A DNA stretch of 57,149 bases, filler included, from Basidiobolus ranarum (lineage: Eukaryota), in assembly GCA_040143965.1 (NCBI GenBank). It is 6 parts of 6 records of this genome, joined end to end, with 100 filler letters (N's around TTAATTAATTAA, not from the genome) between each part and the next. Parts side by side here need not be neighbours in the genome. Positions count along the whole stretch, not along the records: positions 19,126 to 28,572 come from JASJQH010000825.1; positions 28,673 to 38,115 come from JASJQH010000826.1; positions 38,216 to 47,633 come from JASJQH010000827.1; 3 more parts are not named here. One strand, 5' to 3'. Of this stretch, positions 25,496 to 38,535 are shown piece after piece. A program made the translations under genes and the position numbers. The notes under the pieces are model-generated. The model did not search any database and was not told the origin of the DNA. It worked only from the letters and a program-made list of their open reading frames with translations. Within the stretch, counting starts at the first letter, position 1. The number at the start of each line of letters is the position of its first letter.

Positions 25496-26066
25496 TTACT
25501 GGGCAAAGAATGAACCATCTTCCCAAAAGAAGCAAACTTGAGGGTAATGATCGAAGGCAAATGGCTTCTAAATCCTACCAACCTCAACCCCAGCAAACTT
25601 TTTGCCATATACATGTTGGGCTCTCAAATTCTGACCGATCGTCCATACACAGAACTGTTTCGAGTTCATTAATTGGATCATATTCTTAACTGCTGTACAC
25701 CACAGATTCTGTGCCACCCCCTCCTGTATTGCTAGGATCGGCAACAAAATCAGAGAATGTAGGCCGCACGGGACCAACATCAATGACACCAACCACTTTA
25801 TTGTGAGCAGTGGCAATCCAAGTGGAGTCTTGGGGATTGATGCCATTGTAATGGCTCTCCAGCTGCTCTAGTCGCTTACTGCTCCACTCAGAAATGTCTA
25901 AACTTTCCAGCACTGTATCTGGAACGATACCCTTGAAAGTGTCTCTCCAAGCCTGAATGTGCATTTCAACAATAATCTCCGCATCTTCAGGCAAAGCTTG
26001 TCGTATAGTAACTTCAGCTGGCAATGGACGCAACACAATAATTGGCTTCAATGATTGAACACTCAT
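25496..26066 (-). pseudogene. Bacterial-type GNAT acetyltransferase pseudogene (intronless; frameshifting deletion plus in-frame TAG)
   Basis: IRQALPEDAEIIVEMHIQAWRDTFKGIVPDTVLESLD..VVGVIDVGPVR; after DPSNTG the frame changes to GVAQNLW..VWTIGQNLRAQHVY. A TAG at 25570-25568 is followed in frame by KPFAFDHYPQVCFFWED..*. Confidence 0.75.
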
Positions 26067-26493
26067 CGTAAATACTGGTATAAGCTAGTAACCACGAGTT
26101 TCTTATATATCTACACTATTCATTCTCACGATTCTTTTATCCGATAATGAGAAACTGCGGAGCTAATCCTATGACCAGCTAATTATGAACTGACCATTGG
26201 TTGGCAAATACATTTGAGGTACAAGCCAATAGTCACAAGATGCCAAAATTTACCATATTACTGAACTTACTGCATTCAATGAAGTGAAAAAGATATCGAG
26301 ATAAACGAGATATAGAAATTACTAGATAATGACTAAGATTTGCGTTTCACAAGTAAACGGGAAATCATCCATAAAAATAGGTGAACATCCAGCATTTATA
26401 ATAGCTGCAATTTACAGTGATTGGCTATAAAAGACGAGATATGATATTTCATAATCAAGAGGATCAATAACACGCATCAAATTGTGGCGTATT

Positions 26494-27749
<1,256 letters not shown>

Positions 27750-28572
27750 CGTCGTTGCAATGAATATCTAGGGAAATTGCAAAATAGCTCTTTAAATTGA
27801 AAATTGGCCTGGCATTTATTGATGTGTGTGACTTGCAAGCTGCCTAATGCTTGCGTATTTAGATTCAGGTTAGTCATTGTAAGCCAATAGAGGGGCACAA
27901 AATTCATATGCTTAAACCGATAAATCACTGTGTGAAAATCATCGTAACCTGGAGTATTTCTAAAAATAAACCAAACTGGCTAACTCAATTTCTTTTCCAT
28001 AGAATTTATCCAACTCAGTAACTAAACAGCAAAAAAGGCATTCCTCTGAATATTTCAACAGATAAGCAACAGTTACAAATCACACAAATATCATGAGTTG
28101 AGGATGTTTTGGGGAATGTACCTTTGAATTGCAGAGAAAGATATATACATCCATCCATCTCTATGTTTCTCCATTGTTTTTTTGCCAAGGGCTCAGAATC
28201 CTAGATGTGCAGGTATGTTTGGTTTGTTGTTATAATCTACAATTGGTATTAAAAAGCAACCAACAGTCTTGGTTGAGTAGTTTGGATAAAAAAGGAATGG
28301 CTTAAATTTCTTTAATAATCATAAATAACTCAAACAAATGAACAATAGCTGATACATTTATCAGCAAGGATAAATAATAAGAGAAGCACTTCATATTGCA
28401 GTATTTTTTGTTGAGCATATAAAGTCTAATGGCAATTCATGTAGACTCCTAGTACTCCGATCATTGTTGTAATAAAGCCCGAAAAATGTATGTGGTCAGT
28501 CTCATTCTTGGACCCTGGTTTGCCATTGGTACTATTATCCGATGGTAATGAAGCTGATGGTTGCTTTCCAGA

Positions 28573-28672
28573 NNNNNNNNNNNNNNNNNNNNNNNNNNNN
28601 NNNNNNNNNNNNNNNNTTAATTAATTAANNNNNNNNNNNNNNNNNNNNNNNNNNNNNNNNNNNNNNNNNNNN
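28573..28672. other. Artificial contig linker
   Basis: N44-TTAATTAATTAA-N44. Confidence 0.99.
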
Positions 28673-28844
28673 ACTGACACCAGATTGCCGAGAAGGGATG
28701 GCACAGTAGATATGATGTCATAATCTAATAATAGAAGAGTTCCATATGCAGTGGATCAGTATGCCAAGATCAGAATCATGACAATGATAACATTAACCCA
28801 ATCATATATCACTTTGTTTAGTTATGGTATATCTGTTGAAATCA

Positions 28845-29880
28845 GCATTGCCTAAACTATATAGTCTTATATAGCTTAGTACTTGGTTATCTTATAATTC
28901 ACTAAGATATTATCCATTTTTCTTAATTGGAATTTACTTGGAATATTGACACCAACTTAGAAGTTCTCAGATATATATATTTTTCAAACTTGTGCTAGAA
29001 GCCCCACACGTTGCACACATGTTCCTGGGACCTTCCTTAGCACACTCTACATGTTAGTTTGCTTACATCTTGACAAAATTATAAATGTCAACTGAATACT
29101 CAATAAATAAGTAAGTTAAAACAACCAATTTCTCTAATTCTCCAAACCACTTCCAACAGGATCCCAAAAACTTTAACAATATCTCACTAAGAGATTGCTG
29201 AAATCTGCATTGTCTAAACACACATTTTACAATGATATCACTCACTTTTCTCAATTGGAATTTACATAAAATATTCACACTTTCATAGAAGTTCTCAGAT
29301 AAATGCATTTTCAAACTAGTGCTAGAAGCCTCAAATTCTGCGCACATGTTTCTGGAATCTTCCTTAGCATATTGTCCACGTTTGTTTGCGTGCATCTTGA
29401 CAAATCTATAAACGTCAACTTTCAACTCAATAAATCATTAAGCAATAACCATCAATTCTTATAGTTCTCCAAGCCACTTCCAACTGGCTCCCAGAGTACT
29501 TTACCAAACAGAAGGCTAAGGAATATGCAAAGTATACATCAAACATGTATGTGTTGAAATAAGCATAGCATAAACATCTATATATTCACATACAGCTTAG
29601 TATTTAGTTATCTCATATTTCACTAAGATATCACCCAATATTCTCAATAGGAATTTGCTTAGAAGTTTGAAGATATCCAGATCTTGAGAACCTGGTCTAA
29701 ATACCCAAAGGCACACATGTTTCTGAGACCTTTCTTAGCTCATTTGACATGTTTGTTAGTTTACATCTTGGCAAAACTATAAATATTTGCTCCCTAATCA
29801 CTAATTCAATCGGTGAAAACGATCACTTAATCCTGTTCCCCACACCACTTTCAGCAGATACCCAAAATACTTCAACAGCA
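28845..29880 (+). repeat. Three diverged tandem copies of a ~270-330-bp unit
   Basis: Anchor AGAAGTT(CTC/TGA)AGATA at 28959, 29287 and 29661 (periods 328 and 374). Downstream blocks CACATGTT, CATCTTG(A/G)CAAA and CCACTT(C/T)CA are colinear in all three copies. Confidence 0.92.
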
Positions 29881-32162
29881 TGTTCCAATTTTGGATCACA
29901 AGTAGTTGGCTCAAAAGTTAAATATTGTTCAACACAGTATACAAGTATCTATAGAACTTGAGTTTTTTTAGTAATGACAGTCCATTCACTGTACTTGAAT
30001 AGTAAGTATTTATTGAAAAGAACACCTCAGATAAGCTATTGTGTTGATGAATAGACTTAGTTTCAAATCATACTATGAGAGCTGAATGATATCAAACAAG
30101 TGTATAAACTTTAGAACAGTTTTCATTAGAGATAAAGATTCAAGCATATTGATAAAATAAGTATTATCATCAGGTGATCAGCCATTAACGCAGAAGTCTA
30201 CTTTAGTACTCTCGAAGATGTAAGAATAGTAGAAAGATACCATAAGAAACCGAAGGGTTGGCAAAAGCAAAATAAAATCTAAGGCTTTGGAAAAGCTAAC
30301 ATGTGGTTATAAGGTGCATGAAAATAACAAACCAACACTGTATCACAACTATAGAAACAGTAACAAGAAAATGAATGGCCAGCCCAGAGTTCATTTGGAT
30401 AATTCGGATTCCCCATTCAATTTCGAAAATTATCTAAATGTTAGAAATACGTAAATGAATTATGTTGCAACATAAATTATTTAGCCTCACGGGTATGTTG
30501 GATAATTTATGTGGGATATAAGAGTTAAATGCATTGAGATACCATACCCAACACATTAGTATTGGTAAAAGAATGCGTTGGTGCATGCATTATCTTCAGC
30601 ATGAAATAACATGCCACTGGTAGACAGTTTCTAGACATCATTTTAAAATCCGACATCTAAGTACACTTAAATAGTTGGGTAATGCACAACAACTGCGAGT
30701 GTTGAATGTTGTGGAGCTTTTTGCTTGGATCAATCACCATATAATTCTGTGTTCTACTCGGAATTGGATATAAAATGATACTATGATCTTTTTGGAATTC
30801 ATTAGAGTTTCCTACGGATTTTCTCGTATGGATACGGGGTATGAATTGGTCAACTGATCAGTATGTTATGCTTGGTATGTGTAAGAAACGATGGTCGTGT
30901 TGTTATTTATTAAACTATAAATTCATCAACATAGCCTTTGATGCTATCTGCTTTCAACCGCCACATCTACTCTACTTCATTCAATTGATGTCGGCAACTG
31001 GCACAGAGTCATCACATAATAGCATTATGAATACTATAAGACCAAAAAGGACACATTGAAAGTGGCTATCGCGGAATTAGTAACAGCCATTGCTCCAAAT
31101 GTGGCAACTACCTGCCCTAGAAATAAGAGAAGTGAAATACGGGTTTCAATCTCGACTGAACCAGTCGAAGCCTCACCAAGCTAGATACCGGATGCATACT
31201 AGAACAATCAGGAACTTTTCTAAAAGAGTGGATGCACCGTAGATTGAAGAGAATCTTCATCATCACGATGCTAATTTGAACGTCGAGGGAAGTCAAGTCC
31301 AAAAGATCTGAAGTCATCAGTTTCATCTTTACATTTAATATATAATCTCATCAAAGCCTCCGATGTTACTTGAAGTGCTTCTAAAGCCATGTGACTGCGG
31401 TGATCTCACTTGCGGTATAATCAGAAACAAGATCCATTTTATTGTGATGATTAAAGATACTCTGCTGTGGATTTGAATTCAATCTTTTCTTACGCATATC
31501 TCCGCAATGGAGTATCTGATGTCCAACCTACTTGAAACTAGAACCAGGTTCAGCATCAGTGGTACTTGATAGATGAGCTTAGGAAGATGAGGCTACATAT
31601 GCAGAAGAGCGGATATTAGATTTTCCACTAGATAGATGTATTCTCTCTCTATCATCCATGATCGCCTTTCCATCTTGGATGGTTGCAGATTGCATCGAGA
31701 ATTTTGGAATAAGCAAATTTAAAAAGTCGTTTGGTTGAGCACATGTGCTGCCTTCCCTGATTTTCCAGCCCAACAATCACTTACATAGAACAGTCACCAC
31801 TCGCACATATATACTGGTAATTGGTCTATTCCATTCCTAGATGATGCATTAAACAGGTATCAATATTCACAAAGCGACTATTCTAGATAATTCATCAAAA
31901 TATCGCCACTTTATTCTGGGCATATTAGAATAGTAACCTTTCTCATGGTATCAATCTACAAGAGTTTTATGAGTAGAATATCATAAAAAATTCAAACATT
32001 TACATAAGAGAAGGGCTAGTAGGGTTGGGTTGAGGAGAAGCGGTAGTTGTTTGTTGTTAAAAAGTTACAGCTAAGTTAATGAGTGAAGTGGTGGTGATAG
32101 TGCGAGTTTTTTTATACAATGGGTGAAGTGATGCCAGTATGAGTTTAAGTGGAGGATTTTAG

Positions 32163-33314
32163 CTATTCGTACGAATCAAAGGTTAATACATTAAAACTTG
32201 AAGGTATGGGGGCCGGTGAAGATTGGACGGTTGTTAGCTCTTCATAATATGATTCCCACACCAGATCTTCAAGCGTGCTGCAGTTACGCAAGTCACTAGA
32301 AATATTGGCAGTAAACGTACCACTACGTTTTGGAAGAGAAAACCGAGATCGCAAAGGTGTGTTAATTTTTTGAGCTAAAAAGAAAAGAATTAATACCTAG
32401 AATTCAAATGATAAAAATGAAGCATTGTGTTTACCTTTCATCATGCTCTTTTCCAACGCCATCATACGCAAGTGGTCATTATTTGATCTAATTTCACGAG
32501 CACCAGACAATCTAGGTGGAAGAAAATTCTCGAATTGATATTTCCGATTTCTTCGCTCGCCCTTCAAAGGCCAACAAATGCCGTGTGGGTCCTTGATAAG
32601 TCGTTTCGCATTGACGGACACTCGGGATGGTTTTCCACTAGAGTTGGGGCGACTGTTCATTAACTCACTGGTGTATTTTGTGAACAACACCTGAGTAGGG
32701 TGAAATTTGGTACACATTTGCTTCCTTGCCTCAATCAGTACCAACCAGCCTTCCTTCGCGGGAGTTCTGGTACTGGGTGAATGCTTCGTGAAAGGATACT
32801 CGCTACTTGGATATGGAGGAGGAGGAGAGCTAGGGAGATCGCGAGTATAGTTGGGAAGCAAGTCCTCATCCTCGAATGGGATTTCGTGATATGAGAATGT
32901 ATCCAGAGGAATATTATTTAATCCGTCAAATGAAGGGCATCGAGAATCTTCCTCTACAGGGCTAATATCATATGGAGAATTAAGAGTAGGAAAGTCAAAG
33001 TTAACAATCTCGAAAGGAGTCTCGTGACATTTAGCTTTACGTGCATTAGATCCATGTGTAATCTTTAAAAAAGAAGCAGAAACAAATCTATCGACTAATT
33101 GATTCACTGCCAACTTTTCAGAGATTTGTTTATTGGGCAAGGGTATGCTCGTACTTCTTTTCCTAGCTCCACTGCCGTTATGCTTCAAACTCAAAGTCAA
33201 CGAGTCCAGATTGGCCATAATATTGGAGTATTCCGATAATAATAACGCTTCTTTAGAGTTAATTCGATTCTTGGCAGCTGTACTCGACTCGATATATTGA
33301 CGACGACAAGACAT
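32163..33314 (-). CDS. Hypothetical protein, 363 aa, 2 exons (33314-32435, 32374-32163), with PPPPY and LPNY motifs
   Basis: A long ORF plus a GTAAAC...TTAG intron gives REIRSNNDHLRMMALEKSMMKAQKINTPLRSRFSLPKR. TATA-like TATATAA on the minus strand near 33555-33561. Confidence 0.75.
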
Positions 33315-36300
33315 ATTGCAATTGATTTGATTGTGAGGGTAAACGGGGAAAGCGATAGAATAGTATAGAGCTCTGTTGGCAAAAGTAACTAGATAAACGA
33401 TCCGATCCGTGGGGATATTGCTAGGCTTGCTGATGCAGGAATTAAGCGTGGTCAGTGAGTATAATTAGCAGGCACGGCTTAGAGGACCGAAATGGTAGAT
33501 GGAAAATTCCTAGAATGAACAAAATTAGATTTCAATGCGGGGTTTTTTGGTGCTTATATACTTTTTGACCGTTTGGTATCCACCATCGATTGACCAGCTC
33601 GATCCATGGATCTTGCAGACCATTTTCATCTAACAAATTGCCAATACCAACTGGATAAGAATCAAGAAAATCGGGATCAGGATCACACGAATAGGCTGAT
33701 CGCATATGGGATCCGAATCATGTGCCCATGGATAGCGAAGTACCCTTTTCAGAAACCGAAAGGGGCAGGGATCTGAATTTCAAAGCATTTATTCAATTAA
33801 GTTTTCCAATTGATTGTGTATCTCAAGTGATGCGAGCCTTCACTAGATATTTGATTGATTACCTATCACTTATCTCGATGATAATGCAAACACTCTCATA
33901 ATGAAACACACTCGAAGATAGGTAATGCGAAGATGGGTGAATGCGCTCTCTACCTATGTTCCTTAAATTTGCAGCATATAAGCCCCTCACTGTACATGCG
34001 GTTTTAAGATAAGGCGGTGTCAGCGTATTAAATCCCTCCAGATTTGCTCAGAAATAAAGTTTAGTGTAGCTGGGTCATTATTTACTCTGCTCCAACTTAT
34101 CATACATAAATGCGTTTGATTGATCTTGGCATAGAGTAATTATAACACTAGCAACATCCAACTGAGGAGCTGGACCATGCCTCAGGCGCAACAGGGTACA
34201 TTGTTGGTGAAGATGGGAAATGACGGTACCATATCTGATTTGTTGTAAATCAGCTGATTAGCACTGCTCTATCACCCTTCGGACTAGCCATATCCGTTTC
34301 TGGCGTGAGTGCACAGAACTAGGGTTCTTCCATTCCAGATCACTTCCTGTTTGACTTGGTAGCTACTGGGAAGTCAATCAATTAAGAATATGGTTACTTG
34401 CTTTGTGTCCTTTCTATATCTAACAATCACTGGCAACTATCCTGAATCATTGACCTACTTAGACATTGTTCAGATAATTTGAGAAGGCCAGAACCATACC
34501 CAAACTTGTTTGATTCCACAATAATGTATTGCTAGCTCGTATATACTGCATTCAGCTCCATGAATACTTGCTTATTATGCAAATGCAACATTGTGCTAAC
34601 ATGAAGAATTTTCAATATACTGCATCCACAATGTATAACACACACGGGTCAAGAGTAGTAAGGCTTAGTGCCGAATCACTAAGAGTACACAAGCAAAATC
34701 TTCCGATTGCAAGTTAGCTTCATGGAAATTGACGGTAACAATGGGGAGCCGAAGAGAACACCTGCATAACGCTGAGTTCTAAGCTCAATCCCCGATATAG
34801 AAGCTAGGTCAGTAAAGTGGCTCACCCTGCCACTTTATTAGTGAATCTGATACTATTTATGGATCCCCCAGGATATTTGGTCAAGACACCATTAAACAAA
34901 ACTCAATTGCTGACTAGGGCTAGTCTTTGGTCAGTTGATTCCTCAGGTGTAGGGCCAATAGTTGCCCTTCATAAATCGAGGTAACCTCTCGGTGCTTGTA
35001 TTGATCATGCCATGGGATTGAGTTGCGCATAAATTCATGTGGTATCACAGTTTATTCTCTTACATTGAAAACCAACATCTACTGCATAAATACTCTATTG
35101 CCGCCATCCAAAAAAGTATTGTGGACGACCAGTTCAGTCATGCGCTCATTCTTGTTTCGGCTTTTTGCATCCACTTTCTCCCTGAAAGATGTCGTCATCA
35201 GCAACAGAAAATAGCTTAAATGAAATATCAGAATATCGAATCGGATTGAAGAATCCATGGACTCAATTCGTTGACTCCCTTAGAGTTGTATACTAGATTA
35301 GATTCTGGTAGAGGTACTACGTTGCTCCTTGTTAGAGCAGATAAAGCAAATAGATTTTCAGATATGATATTGTTCACAAGACTGAGTATATCTGTAGGAA
35401 TAATTCGCTATTTTTTACCCGTTGCTGTTAACTTTAATACATTCAGGAGGCCGGCGCAGAGGAGAGAGTGTTAAATCAAGGGATTAGGAGAGGTAGACGT
35501 GATGGACGCACTGAGTAAGTCTCTTATTTCCTTCCGCATGATCAATGGTCACTCGGCCATTCTGTAATCATATATCACGATATCAATTAATCAGCCAGGT
35601 TACATAATCCGAATTAGCCCAGGGCTGTGAATAAATCGCAGTTAATCATCGGGCCGTTGCAGTCGGGAAACCAATATATTTTTGTGATCAAGAGGAACTC
35701 AGCAGCGTACATCATTATACCAACGATGATGTTTCTAGCGAAGGTGTGTCGTTTTAAATGCATACCTTAGACAATATTTTTCACCTACAAAATCGGCATT
35801 ACCTAGAATTCACTTGATTTTATTTTATAGTCAGCCTTATCCACACTGTTTACAGTACATGTTTGAGATGAGGAGCATAAATTAACTCCGTAGTTCTTGC
35901 ACTGAAATATATAGCTCATGCTAAATATGGTTGGAGGAGCTCATTGGAACAGACTGATTCCAGTCTTGCACATGCGTATGAGCATGGTAATAGATGTGTC
36001 GAGTGCACCAGGAACCTCAGCATACAAAACCGAACTTTGGAACATTCGAGACCTACCCAGTTGGCTGTAAATTGAGGAGTACAGGAAACCGGAATGGGAT
36101 GAATGCATTTTCTTTCGTTCTCAGAATAATAGCCATCGGAGTAGAGTATCACGGTTGTTTGTTGGGATCACTTGTGTGACATGGATCCTACGCTATTGAC
36201 TGCTCAGAAGCCATAATCGCTCCCATATCATCTTGGCTGTACCAAACCAGGGACATAAATTACTTGGCCCTTATATCCGTAGCATTGCCATACTGGGCAG

Positions 36301-38115
36301 CTGAGACATGGTGAGATGACGGGTATAAATGAGTTCTGTGGATTTAGCCATGACATTAAATAGCGGAGAGGTTTTAAAATATACCTTCCCTCGTCTAACA
36401 ACAGGAGCCCACAGTGTCTCTGTGTTGGATTAGTACTTTTATTAGTCTATTGCTTAATAACATGTCTATAACTCTTGGTGATTCGGGATGTTTCGGCACA
36501 ATGAGTGTTGGGTGCTAGCCAGTCGGAATCTACCAAAAGAAGAAAATTCAGAGATCTATTTAGAAACAGAACCCGCTCACAGCTGACCTTCATTAAGCTC
36601 GAATTTTAGTGGTTCCTGCAAGATTTGTGGTCACGAGTATATGGTAAATTTGTGTCTCATTTGAACATATGTTCGATTGATATAAACTGGTAAATGAGCA
36701 CCGCTAGTGGGATTTTCCCTTTGTGATGTATCAGGAGGCCCTATGTGGCTTCCCGGATGCTGTATCAGGAGGAGTATGGCTCTAAAATACATCCAAGACT
36801 GTTCAACTATACGCAGGGTAGAGCAACAAGGATCGTCACATCATTGGCGATTGATGGCAAGCAGTTCAGTTCTACTTATCTTAATAATTGAAGTTTGGTG
36901 TGAATATGCAATAAAAGCGTAAAGGCTCCGTTAGTCATATTTGGCAAGAGTCGACTGCCGAAATAGCAAAATTTCCATTAGCTACTCACTCATTTCCTTC
37001 TAAAGGCAGATTAGATATATCAAAATAGTACCTACCGAGTTTCTGGACTCGAGTTCTTTTGAAATGATCACTAAATAATCTATGCCTGTTCCTCTTCGAC
37101 TTCGCTGGGTCGAACTTTCATCTTTGAGGGTAAGTAGAGGAGGCATTCCAGGATAGTGTAGAAGAAAAGCTAGAAGTGGTTATAAATCCAACAGATATGT
37201 TAGGAAGCACAAGATCATTAACAAAACTACAAGCCATAGATGTGGCGCCCCAACAACGTATCGATCTATTTCATCTCAGGTGACCAATAATTACAGGTTG
37301 GTGCGATGAAGAGGGACTTCACCATTGCTTGTAATAATGGCAAACCCGCTTTTTGTATCTCGGTTTTTTCCTTGATCATGAATTTTTTGTAGTGTTAACC
37401 CTGCCAACTGTTCTAAAGTAAGATCTACTCAACTATCCCTATTATTTAAGAAGGCTTTGAAGCTAAAGCTTGACAATATATTCCACATCAAGCTTGACAA
37501 TAGCTGACTACACTTGGCTTTTTAAGATTCTGCATGATAGTTCTGACACATTTTACGCTTTGGAAAACATGTTTATAGTCCCGAGGTCACAATCTAAGGG
37601 ATCCTGCTGGTAACCTGCAGATTATGACGCAGTACACAATATTTGCACCACAAATCATATGACAACTCTGCCTCTTCTTCCACTTATAACTATATTCAAT
37701 CATTTGACATCATATCTACCATTGTACATAAATATAAGCAGGGAGATATGTATCTAAACATTCAATAGTTCAACAGGTTATTCAAATATTCTCTTACTAT
37801 CATTCCCTTGCAACAAATTTCGTGGTATACCTATATTTAAAAACATTTCAGTCATGATTTATAATATGATATCTATTTGGAAATAGGGTTCACTTAGGCC
37901 TCAAAATTTACTTGTCAAAGTCTTGATAAAATTTCTGTAGCAGTCAAAATAATGATGGATTACAGTCTTATATGCTGTAAATATTTAAATTCTTCTTGGA
38001 TGTGTTAGGGTATAGATGTTCTGGTAAGGGTAAGGGAGGGTAAGGATGAAAAGAGGGGGTCTGGGGGACACAGTCCTCCCAGTATAAAAAGAAAGCAGGG
38101 GGTATGGGGGATGCA

Positions 38116-38215
38116 NNNNNNNNNNNNNNNNNNNNNNNNNNNNNNNNNNNNNNNNNNNNTTAATTAATTAANNNNNNNNNNNNNNNNNNNNNNNNNNNNN
38201 NNNNNNNNNNNNNNN
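38116..38215. other. Artificial contig linker
   Basis: N44-TTAATTAATTAA-N44. Confidence 0.99.
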
Positions 38216-38535
38216 AAACTACCACAACCTCCAGGGCAGCCGCATTTATATTTTCTTCTAGAATTAATCGACATGTTGTCTATGCCAGCAAAATTGGATC
38301 TTTGAGGCGAAGAAAGTGAAGTGGAATCACTGCCTTCGTTCTCTAGGCTTGGTGAGGGAGATGATATGGAGCATACAGGGGCTGGATCGCGAGATAATTG
38401 TTCATCATTTAGAAGACTAACAACTTGTCCGTCAGATGTAGTGATTGACAGGCTGGATTTTCTTTCGGACTGGAGAGTGTATAATAGCTGACTTTCGGAG
38501 GTTGACTGGTCTTCGCCGGTGCGTGGGTATAACAT
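38216..38535 (-). CDS. 5' part of a probable C2H2 zinc-finger transcription factor, cut by the contig end
   Basis: Ser-rich N-terminus followed by RRKYKCGCPGGCGSF, the start of a Y-x-C..C-x-x-F finger. TATATAAAA on the minus strand near 38682-38690. The His ligands lie beyond the contig. Confidence 0.6.
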
